A stretch of 64,000 bases of DNA from Chloroflexota bacterium (GTDB lineage: Bacteria > Chloroflexota > Dehalococcoidia > Lucifugimonadales > UBA3495): NCBI GenBank assembly GCA_028875655.1, contig JAPPCX010000003.1, forward strand, positions 522 through 64,521, in the 5' to 3' direction. The first letter of the stretch is position 1. Each line of letters begins with the position of its first letter. The notes beneath the pieces are model-generated. The model worked only from the letters and a program-made list of their open reading frames with translations, was not told where the DNA came from and did no database searches. The translations under genes were made by a program, and so were the position numbers. This document shows positions 56,238 through 64,000 of this stretch, in pieces.

Positions 56238-56591
56238 CAGGAAGCCGGCCCAACGGAAGTGGGGCTTCACCCAGGTCGCAGTCGTCGGTGCCGTAACCAT
56301 TTCAAATTGACTCTGCCAATGCTATTGAACAGCCACGGGTCTGGCCCAAAATGCCAACCCGCGCGTGATGCGGAATGTAACAAAGCCAGGGTCATTCGCG
56401 CCCATTGTGCGCAATGCGTAATTTGCCGATTTTTTGAAACTTACCAAAAGCCATTGACCCAACCCGCCGCCGCTCGCCTTTTGCCTTGCTGACTCGGTGT
56501 GCTATACTGCCTCCCATATCGGGTAGGCCGGCGAACACCGCGCTGCCCGTCGCTTTTTGCCCAATCTTTCTCCCACAGGAGTGTATCGGCG

Positions 56592-58028
56592 GTGAAGGTC
56601 ACCAGGGACAACGCAACACCAATTGAGCTAACGCTGACGGTGGAACTCGAACCCGAGGATGAGAACCCGTTTCTCGAACGTTCTTACCGCCGCACCGTCT
56701 CCCGTATCAACATCCCTGGCTTCCGTCGCGGCAAGGCCCCTCGCCGTATCGTCGAAAGCATGGTCGGGCGCACCGCCCTCTTGCAGGAAGCGCTGGACTT
56801 TATGGTCCCGGAAACCCTCGACAAGGTGCTTACCGACGAGGAGGTCTCCGCTTTCGCCGAACCCAGCATCGAAGTTACCGAGTTGGAACCCGTCTCATTC
56901 ACCGCCACCATTCCCCTTGAACCCACCATCGACCTCGGCGACTACCGTTCCCTCCGTATTGAGTCCGAACCTGTGGAGGTCGGTGAAGAGCAGGTTGACG
57001 ACGTAATCTCCCGCCTTCAGGAAGAGCAAGCCGTCTGGGAACCCGTCGAACGCCCCGCTCAATATGGCGACCGCCTCAACCTCGATGTCAACGGCGAAAT
57101 CGATGGCGAAATCGTGGTTGACGACCAGGACGTCGAATACATTCCCAACGAGGAAAACGTCCTTCCCTTCCCCGGTTTCGCGCCCAACCTCGTGGGCCTG
57201 TCCGAGGAGGAAGAGAGCGAGTTCACCATCACTATCCCCGAAGACTACCCCCGTGAGCAATACGCCGGCAAAGACGTTCAGTTCAAGGTGTCCGTCCTTT
57301 CCGTAAAGGAAAGGAACCTGCCCGAGCTGGACGACGAATTCGCCAAATCCGTGGGCCAGGGATTCGATGACGTCGATGCCTTGCGCGAGAGCGTCCGCGA
57401 GTCGCTCACCAACCAGGCCGAAGCCGCCGCCCGCAACGAGCTGGAGCAGAAGAGCCTCGAAGCCCTCTGTGAAGCGGCCGTCGTCAACGCCTCCCCCATC
57501 CTCTACGAGCGCGAACTCGAGGCGATGCAGGCTGACCGCGAGCGCATGCTCCGCCAGCAGGGTCTCGACCTGCCTACCTATCTGCGCTTCATGGGCAAAT
57601 CCACGGAAGAGTTCCTGGAAGAAATGCGCCCCAACGCCGAGCGTCGCCTGGTGGGCGGGCTGGTGCTGCGCAAACTCGCCGAGGTCGAAGAGATCGAGGT
57701 CACCGACGAGGACATCCAGGGCGAGGCTGACCGCCTCCTGGAAATGTCCACCACCGAAGAAGCCGAACCGGAAAGCCTCGACAACCTGCGCGAATTCCTC
57801 GGTTCCGAATCCACCCGCGACAACATCCGATCTTCCCTCCACAGCCGCCTGGTGCTGGAGCGCCTCACCGACATAACCCAGGGCAAACTCGACGCGTCGG
57901 ACGATGAAGCGGAAGCCGACTCGGAAGAAGGAGAACCTTCGACCGCTGAGTCCAACGACGAAGCCTCGGCGGAATCAGAGGCCGAACCCACGGCAGAAAC
58001 CGACGTCGAAAACCCGGCCTCTGCCTAG
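56592..58028 (+). CDS. tig: Trigger factor
   Basis: IPGFRRGKAP motif, FKBP-like domain, LPELDDEFAK. Confidence 0.94.
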   Translation: MKVTRDNATPIELTLTVELEPEDENPFLERSYRRTVSRINIPGFRRGKAPRRIVESMVGRTALLQEALDFMVPETLDKVLTDEEVSAFAEPSIEVTELEPVSFTATIPLEPTIDLGDYRSLRIESEPVEVGEEQVDDVISRLQEEQAVWEPVERPAQYGDRLNLDVNGEIDGEIVVDDQDVEYIPNEENVLPFPGFAPNLVGLSEEEESEFTITIPEDYPREQYAGKDVQFKVSVLSVKERNLPELDDEFAKSVGQGFDDVDALRESVRESLTNQAEAAARNELEQKSLEALCEAAVVNASPILYERELEAMQADRERMLRQQGLDLPTYLRFMGKSTEEFLEEMRPNAERRLVGGLVLRKLAEVEEIEVTDEDIQGEADRLLEMSTTEEAEPESLDNLREFLGSESTRDNIRSSLHSRLVLERLTDITQGKLDASDDEAEADSEEGEPSTAESNDEASAESEAEPTAETDVENPASA

Positions 58029-58061
58029 CACTTTGCCGCACAATCTCAGGAGCCCCTCCAA

Positions 58062-58685
58062 ATGTTGCAACTCCCCACCAACGTCCTGCCCGGGATCATC
58101 CGCCCTACCACCGAGGGTGAACGCGCCTTCAACCCCTACTCCCTGCTGCTTCAGGCTCGGATCATCTACCTGGGAACTCCGGTGGATGACGATGTCTCCA
58201 ACGCGGTGGTTTCCCAGTTGCTCTACCTGGCTTGGGAAAACCCGGAAGAGGACATTTACCTTTACATAAACTCTCCCGGCGGTTCCGTCCTCGATGGCAT
58301 GGCCATCTACGACACAATGCAGCTCATCAAGCCTGACGTGGCCACCGTCTGCTTGGGCAAGGCCGCCAGCATGGGCGCCGTGCTGCTGTCCGGTGGCGCC
58401 AAAGGCAAGCGCTACTGCACACGCAACTCCACCGTGTTGATCCACCAGGTCATGGGCGGTATCCAGGGCTCCGCTTCCGACATCGAAATCACCGCTCAGG
58501 AAATCCTGCGCCTCCGCGAACGCCTCAACACTATCCTGTCCGAAAACTGCGACCAGCCCTTCGATAAAATATCCCGCGATTCCGACCGCGACTACTGGAT
58601 GGACGCCGAAACTGCCGTCGAGTACGGCATCGTTGACCACGTCCTCGACCAACTCCCCGACGTTTTCACCCGCGCTATCGCTTAG
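58062..58685 (+). CDS. clpP: ATP-dependent Clp protease proteolytic subunit
   Basis: YINSPGG, AASMG (Ser), IHQ (His) and DRD (Asp). Confidence 0.94.
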   Translation: MLQLPTNVLPGIIRPTTEGERAFNPYSLLLQARIIYLGTPVDDDVSNAVVSQLLYLAWENPEEDIYLYINSPGGSVLDGMAIYDTMQLIKPDVATVCLGKAASMGAVLLSGGAKGKRYCTRNSTVLIHQVMGGIQGSASDIEITAQEILRLRERLNTILSENCDQPFDKISRDSDRDYWMDAETAVEYGIVDHVLDQLPDVFTRAIA

Positions 58686-58716
58686 CTAGCGTTCCGTAAA
58701 TCATCAGGAGACCCCA

Positions 58717-59367
58717 ATGGCCCTTCCTTTTGAAGATTCCCCCCTGCTGCAACCCACCAACATCGTCCCCATGGTCATCGAGACCAGTCCCCGGGGCGAG
58801 CGCGCTTTCGACATCTACTCGCTCCTCCTGAGGGAGCGGATCATCTACCTGGGCACCCCCATCACCGACCAGGTCGCCAACGTCATCATCGCTCAGTTGC
58901 TCTACCTGGAGCGCGAAGATCGCGACCGGGACATCAGCCTCTACATTAACAGCCCGGGCGGTTACATCGCTTCCGGTCTCGCTATCCTGGACACCATGCG
59001 CCTGATCAATTCCGAGGTCTCAACCATCTGCGTCGGCACCGCCGCCAGCATGGCCACCGTCCTTCTCGCCAACGGCGCCCGGGGCAAGCGCTACTGCCTC
59101 GCGAACTCCACCGTCCATATGCACCAGCCCAACGTGGGCAGCTTCCAGGGCCAGGCCGCCGATATCGAAATTCAGGCCAAGGAAATCGTTCGCCTCAAGG
59201 AACGCCTGTCCAAGATCCTTTCCGAGGCTACCGGCCAATCCATTGAGAAAATCTCCGATGACACCGACCGGGACTTCTTCCTCACCGCCGAGGAAGCCAT
59301 CGAGTACGGCATCGTGGATGAGATACTCGGAGCACCAACGGAGGAAGCCGCCGCAGAAGCCGCCTGA
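58717..59367 (+). CDS. clpP: ATP-dependent Clp protease proteolytic subunit (second copy)
   Basis: [25 protein letters not shown] and DRD motifs. Confidence 0.94.
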   Translation: MALPFEDSPLLQPTNIVPMVIETSPRGERAFDIYSLLLRERIIYLGTPITDQVANVIIAQLLYLEREDRDRDISLYINSPGGYIASGLAILDTMRLINSEVSTICVGTAASMATVLLANGARGKRYCLANSTVHMHQPNVGSFQGQAADIEIQAKEIVRLKERLSKILSEATGQSIEKISDDTDRDFFLTAEEAIEYGIVDEILGAPTEEAAAEAA

Positions 59368-59408
59368 TCGTATCTCTCACTACTTTCCCAGACACCAGGC
59401 GGCCCTTC

Positions 59409-60812
59409 ATGACTACCCGAAACCGCAACGGCAACTCCAACCGTAATTCTCACCGCTGCGCTTTTTGCGGCAGCCTGTTCCCCCAGGGTCGCCTCATGCG
59501 CCCGCCCGGCCAGAACCGTGGCGGTATCTGCTTCGACTGCATCCGCGAACTTGCCGCTTACGTCGCCGACCGGGGTGGCAAACAACGCCCCGGCGAAAGT
59601 GGTCGCCGTACTCCTGGCAGCTCTGATCGGGTGGAGCTGACGGAAAAAACGCTCGCGGAATCCGACGGCCGACCTCGTCCCCTGGTGCCCCGCGAAATCT
59701 ACGCCAGCCTCGACGCCTATGTAATCGGCCAGGAGAAGGCCAAAAAGACCCTTGCCGTGGCCGTCTATAACCACTTCAAGCGCATTCGCAGCGAATCCAC
59801 CACCTCCGACGTTGAGGTTCAGAAGTCCAACATCCTGCTGATCGGCCCCACCGGCTCCGGCAAGACCCTGCTCGCCGAGACCCTGGCGCGCACCTTGGAC
59901 GTCCCCTTCGCAATCTGCGATGCCACGTCTTTAACCGAATCGGGCTACGTTGGCGAGGACGTGGAAAACATCCTGCTTCGGCTCATCCAGGCCGCCGATT
60001 GGGACATCCCACGCGCTGAACAGGGCATCATCTACATCGACGAGCTGGACAAGATCGCCCGCAAAGAGGGCGTCAACCGCTCTATCACCCGCGATGTCGC
60101 CGGGGAGGGCGTCCAGCAGGAACTACTCAAAATCATCGAGGGCTGCATCGCCAACGTTCCGCCCCAGGGCGGACGCAAGCACCCCCACCAGGAGATGTTG
60201 CAGATCAACACCCGCAACATCCTCTTCATCTGCGGCGGCGCTTTCGACGGCCTGGAAGAGATGATTGCCAAGCGGCTGGCCGTCGGTTCCTCCATGGGGT
60301 TCCTGGCCAGCAATCCCGACCGCGCCGATAAAACCGCTGACGTTTCCACACCACTGGAGCAGGTTACCCCTGAAGACCTGCTCCAATTCGGTTTCATCCC
60401 CGAGCTCGTCGGACGCTTGCCCATCGTGTCCGCCCTCCAGCCGCTGGACCGCGAAGCGCTGGTGCGCGTCCTCGTCGAACCCAGAAACGCCATCGTCAAG
60501 CAGTACCAGCGGCTGTTTGCCCTGGACGACGTAAAGTTGGAGTTCACCGATGACGCCTTGGACGCCGCCGCCGACCGCGCCCTCACCTACCAGACCGGCG
60601 CCCGCGTCCTCCGCCACATCGTCGAAGACGCTCTGCTGGAGGTCATGTACGAATTGCCCTCCCTGGATGACATCGGACGCTGCGTGGTCCACGGCGACGC
60701 CATCAACGGCGAGTCGTCGCCCCGCCTCTACCGCCGCAGCGGTGGCCGCTACCTGACCCTCAAATCAGCGCTGTCCCGCTCAAACCAGCAGGCGCGCAGA
60801 AAAACCGCCTGA
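59409..60812 (+). CDS. clpX: ATP-dependent Clp protease ATP-binding subunit
   Basis: CxxC...CxxC zinc finger, [16 protein letters not shown] and PPQGGRKHP motifs. Confidence 0.96.
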   Translation: MTTRNRNGNSNRNSHRCAFCGSLFPQGRLMRPPGQNRGGICFDCIRELAAYVADRGGKQRPGESGRRTPGSSDRVELTEKTLAESDGRPRPLVPREIYASLDAYVIGQEKAKKTLAVAVYNHFKRIRSESTTSDVEVQKSNILLIGPTGSGKTLLAETLARTLDVPFAICDATSLTESGYVGEDVENILLRLIQAADWDIPRAEQGIIYIDELDKIARKEGVNRSITRDVAGEGVQQELLKIIEGCIANVPPQGGRKHPHQEMLQINTRNILFICGGAFDGLEEMIAKRLAVGSSMGFLASNPDRADKTADVSTPLEQVTPEDLLQFGFIPELVGRLPIVSALQPLDREALVRVLVEPRNAIVKQYQRLFALDDVKLEFTDDALDAAADRALTYQTGARVLRHIVEDALLEVMYELPSLDDIGRCVVHGDAINGESSPRLYRRSGGRYLTLKSALSRSNQQARRKTA

Positions 60813-60849
60813 CCAATCCCCAGCCTACCGTCACTCCCGCTTTTTCCCG

Positions 60850-61710
60850 TCATTCCCCATTCTCTAACTGCCATTCCCGCGAAAGCGGGAATCCAGCATC
60901 CCGGGAAATCGCCGCCTCTATTTCCGCCGTCAGCGAAAACCCTGCGGCGTGCGTGTCGGCCAGGGCATTTCCCTTCGCGTCCAGCGCCTCACCGGGCCGC
61001 ACCCTGACCCGACCGTCAGCCACCGCCTGCAACGTCGCCAGCAGCAGGTGTGGTTCCCGTCGATAACCTTCCGCCCTGATCAGGCGGAACAGCTCGTTTT
61101 CTTCCCCTTCTTCGCGCCTCACTTGCCCCGTGTCCCGACCTGCTAATGCCTTCCGCGCTTCATCAAACTGACCGCCCACGATGGGCAGCTCGCAGTGGGA
61201 CAAGACCGGCCCCCGGTCCACCTCTTCGGTTGCCAGGTGAATCATAGACCCGGTTCGCGTCGCCCCCGATGCAATCAAATCCCATACTACCGATTGCCAG
61301 GTTCCCGTCGGCCCGTCCGGCAGCGCCCCGTGCAGGTTCAACAACGGATACTGCCGGCACATCTCACCGCTGCAGATGAGCATGTAACCGGCCAACGCGC
61401 AAACGTCGGGCTGGTACGGTTGCAGCAGGCTTATCACCGCCCGGTCAAACCCTTCCCGGTGCTGCGACATAGGCCCGCCGCCATGCTCCCGCCGGTATCG
61501 CGCCGACGACAGCGTCACCAGCGGAAAACCGTATGACCGCACCAGTTCAAAAAAGGCGTCCGATCCTTCCGCCTCACCCGGTTCCCGGTTGCTGAACACG
61601 AACTCGATCCGGGCGTCCAGCCGTCCCTCCCCAATCGCGTCCGCCACGAACCGCAACAGCCCCCGCGACCCTTCACCCCGCCCAGTGGCAAACCACCCAA
61701 TCCTCAACAT
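60850..61710 (-). CDS. purN: Phosphoribosylglycinamide formyltransferase
   Basis: FVFSNRE, LAGYM, LNLH and TGSMIH..EEVDRGP motifs. Confidence 0.82.
   Translation of the reverse strand: MLRIGWFATGRGEGSRGLLRFVADAIGEGRLDARIEFVFSNREPGEAEGSDAFFELVRSYGFPLVTLSSARYRREHGGGPMSQHREGFDRAVISLLQPYQPDVCALAGYMLICSGEMCRQYPLLNLHGALPDGPTGTWQSVVWDLIASGATRTGSMIHLATEEVDRGPVLSHCELPIVGGQFDEARKALAGRDTGQVRREEGEENELFRLIRAEGYRREPHLLLATLQAVADGRVRVRPGEALDAKGNALADTHAAGFSLTAEIEAAISRDAGFPLSREWQLENGE
60869..60896. repeat. dRS3/RPE-like palindrome within the 3' end of purN
   Basis: GCCATTCCCGCGAAAGCGGGAATCCAG, with two degenerate half-copies at about 60828-60858. Confidence 0.75.
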
Positions 61711-61737
61711 TCCGTTGCTCCGGCTAGATTTTCTGAC

Positions 61738-61772
61738 TGTCATTGTGAGGAGCGGAGCGACGCGGCAATCTC
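61738..61772. repeat. RPE-like intergenic palindromic element
   Basis: TGTCATTGTGAGGAGCGGAGCGACGCGGCAATCTC resembles the widespread GTCATTGCGAG...GCAATCT repeats. Confidence 0.55.
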
Positions 61773-61782
61773 GCCAATAACC

Positions 61783-62145
61783 CTAGAATGGCGCGTCGTC
61801 ATCCTCAAACAACGATGGATCATCTGGCTCCAGCGGCGGCGGCAAATCCCAATCGTCGCCATCGCCATCGCCCGACGCTTCTCCAACTGGCGGAGCCGCT
61901 ACTCTCCGACTATCTCCAATCTGCGTAATCCGCAGTTCCGCCTCGGTCAACAATTGCTGGCAGCGATTGGCCAACTCCATCCCCCGACGATACAACGATT
62001 CGGCGTCGGTCAACGCCAACTCGCCCTGTTCCAGCCGACCAACCGTTTCCTCCAACCGTTGGTAAGCGTCCTCAAACGACAACCCCGCCAGCTCCGCTCG
62101 CCAACTCTCACTCGGCTCGGTCATAACGTCTGGACCTGCACTCAC
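61783..62145 (-). CDS. xseB: Exodeoxyribonuclease VII small subunit
   Basis: LSFEDAYQRLEETVGRLEQGEL.L...Y.RG.EL...C...L..AE. Confidence 0.92.
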   Translation of the reverse strand: MSAGPDVMTEPSESWRAELAGLSFEDAYQRLEETVGRLEQGELALTDAESLYRRGMELANRCQQLLTEAELRITQIGDSRRVAAPPVGEASGDGDGDDWDLPPPLEPDDPSLFEDDDAPF

Positions 62146-62148
62146 CGG

Positions 62149-63489
62149 TTACAGCAGCGGCCGCATCGCCGGCTGTGCTTCCGCACTACCGCCACGACGC
62201 CGGCGCGTCGAGCTTGGCGTCGGCTTCGCGGCGCCATTCCCGTTATTGTTGGCCCCGGTTTCCTTGACCGGCTCGCTTTGCGCCGCTGACGGGCCAACGG
62301 GAGAGTTACCTGCGACCGCCTGCATGCCGCCGCCGCTCAGCGTTATATCCAGCAGGTCACCGTCCCGCGCCTGCTCCGGAGCCGTCAGCGCGCCCGGCTT
62401 TGCCGACAGGCTCACCACCGCGTAACCTCGCCGCAACGTCGCCGCCGGATCCAGCGCGGAGAGCTTGGCCTGCTGCGCTTCAAGATCCCGCTGCAATCGT
62501 TCCTTGCGCCGCGTCATCGCCGCCGTCGCTCGCTCAGTCAGCCCGTCGATCTGACGCATCAACACGGCCACGTCCGGCCCACGTCGTTGCAGACGCTGCC
62601 TTTGCAGTTTCACATCGCCGCGCCTCCGGTCAATCTGCCCTAGCATCAACGCGGTGAGTTGCTGGCCCGCCGCGAAAACGTTGGCGAGCAACTGCCGGCG
62701 ATCCGGCGTCGCCAACTCCGCCGCTGCCGATGGCGTGGGCGCGCGCTGGTCGGCTACGTCGTCTGCTATGGTGTGGTCGGTCTCGTGTCCCACGCCTGAT
62801 ACCACCGGGATGCCGCTCCCGAAAATGGCCCGCGCCACTTCCTCTGAATTAAAACACCACAGGTCTTCCAGTGACCCGCCGCCCCGCGCTACGATGATTA
62901 CGTCGGCCAACCCCTCATCGTTCAATTGCTTGATCGCTTCGGCAATCTGCCCGCCGGCCGCGTCGCCCTGCACCGCTGTTGGCGACAAGCGCAGTTCCAC
63001 CAGCGGGTACCTCCGCCGCGCCACGTTCTGAATATCCTGCCACACCGCTCCGCTCGGCGACGTCACCACGCCGATCACCTTGGGAAACAACGGCGGCGGA
63101 CGCTTCCGCGACGCCTCAAAGAGTCCTTCCCCCGCCAACTGTTGCCGGAGCCGTGCCAGTTCCAGCGCCATCGCCCCCTCCCCCACCGGCAACACCGCCG
63201 CCACCTGCATGTTGGCTTCCCCGTATGGCGCGTAGAACGTGAAATTCCCGCCGGCCAGAACCTCGTGCCCTTCTTCCAGGTATTCCTGGCCCGACCGGCC
63301 ACGGAACATCACGCAACGGATGGTACTCCCATCCTCCCGCAGGCTGAAGTACGAATGTCCCGACGCCACCGTCCGAAGGTTCGCCACCTCGCCCTGCACC
63401 GTCAGCCGAGACAGCACCCCGTCGGACTCGAGCTTGTCCTTCAGGTAGGTGGCCACCTCCCCCACGGAATAAACTACCGGCGACAGCAT
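62149..63489 (-). CDS. xseA: Exodeoxyribonuclease VII large subunit
   Basis: SGHSYFSL, ARGGGSLEDLW, GVGHETD and RAPTPSAAAE motifs. Confidence 0.95.
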   Translation of the reverse strand: MLSPVVYSVGEVATYLKDKLESDGVLSRLTVQGEVANLRTVASGHSYFSLREDGSTIRCVMFRGRSGQEYLEEGHEVLAGGNFTFYAPYGEANMQVAAVLPVGEGAMALELARLRQQLAGEGLFEASRKRPPPLFPKVIGVVTSPSGAVWQDIQNVARRRYPLVELRLSPTAVQGDAAGGQIAEAIKQLNDEGLADVIIVARGGGSLEDLWCFNSEEVARAIFGSGIPVVSGVGHETDHTIADDVADQRAPTPSAAAELATPDRRQLLANVFAAGQQLTALMLGQIDRRRGDVKLQRQRLQRRGPDVAVLMRQIDGLTERATAAMTRRKERLQRDLEAQQAKLSALDPAATLRRGYAVVSLSAKPGALTAPEQARDGDLLDITLSGGGMQAVAGNSPVGPSAAQSEPVKETGANNNGNGAAKPTPSSTRRRRGGSAEAQPAMRPLL

Positions 63490-63519
63490 CCCGCAATTCC
63501 TGATTCAGACGATCCGGAT

Positions 63520-64000
63520 CTACGAAACCCGTTCCGAGTAGGTTCCGTTCCGCGTGTCCACCTTAACCACCGTCCCCGGCGTGATGAACATGGGCACCGT
63601 AATTTGCAGCCCGGTCTCCAGCGTGGCCGGCTTGTTGCCGCCCTGTGCCGTGTTGCCCTTGAACGCCGGCGGCGTGTCCACCACTTCCAGCTCCACGTGG
63701 ATCGGCAGGTTCACGTTGATGGGCGACCCCTTGTAGAACACCACCTCAACCATCATGTTCTCTTTCAGGTAGTCCAGCGTGTCCCCGAGCTGTTCGCCAG
63801 TCAGTTCGTGCTGGTCGAACGTTTCCTGGTCCATGAAGTAGTAGTGCGACCCGTCGGTGTACAGGTATTGCGTATCCCGGTTGTCAACCTCGGCCAGGCT
63901 GAACCCGGTATCGTAACGCTGGAACGTCCGCTCCACCACTGAGCCGCTGATCAGGTTACGCATCTTGATCCGTGTAACCGGCGCACGCTGCTGCATCTTG
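63520..64000 (-). CDS. efp: Elongation factor P (5' end off-window)
   Basis: QYLY, FMDQETFDQ and KPATLETGL...VPMFI..G..VKVDTR..Y..R. Confidence 0.94.
   Translation of the reverse strand, partial: KMQQRAPVTRIKMRNLISGSVVERTFQRYDTGFSLAEVDNRDTQYLYTDGSHYYFMDQETFDQHELTGEQLGDTLDYLKENMMVEVVFYKGSPINVNLPIHVELEVVDTPPAFKGNTAQGGNKPATLETGLQITVPMFITPGTVVKVDTRNGTYSERVS

Noticed and set aside
56300-56590. Decayed mraZ or an ncRNA between rsmH and tig
   Set aside because: No MraZ-like DxKGR motif and no convincing structure; it looks like a divergent promoter region.

Overview
GC-rich bacterial chromosomal segment. The gene content suggests Chloroflexota, most likely Dehalococcoidia/SAR202-like (inference): an LLM monooxygenase, NHL-repeat, VOC and MFS paralogues, DUF1800, a T-box-regulated trpE, and an rsmH-ftsA-ftsZ-nrdR-nrdJ block with no mur genes. 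The right half is mostly housekeeping: sucCD, proC, pdxA, nrdJ, nrdR, ftsZ, ftsA, rsmH, tig, two clpP genes, clpX, purN, xseAB and efp. The left 25 kb is metabolic operons (plsX/fabG/MaoC pair, lhgO, two PrpD-like genes, trpE/trpG, rtcB) interleaved with small accessory modules. These are: an AT-rich type II R-M cassette between two broken pieces of a type I-like R-M locus; a PIN toxin with a TGG>TGA nonsense codon flanked by two paralogous orphan genes; two copies of a small-protein + clan AA aspartic protease pair, one fused to an isocitrate lyase/PEP mutase enzyme; hicA with a tandem-domain hicB; and a coupled vapB-vapC-DUF6884-GIY-YIG array. Two orphan genes, one with a CGPC motif, lie inside the NrdR-boxed nrdR-nrdJ operon. 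Non-coding features are a Trp T-box, NrdR boxes, promoters, a terminator and several REP/dRS3-like palindromes. I found no rRNA, tRNA, CRISPR array, transposase or integrase. All family assignments come from motif recognition by eye, not database searches.
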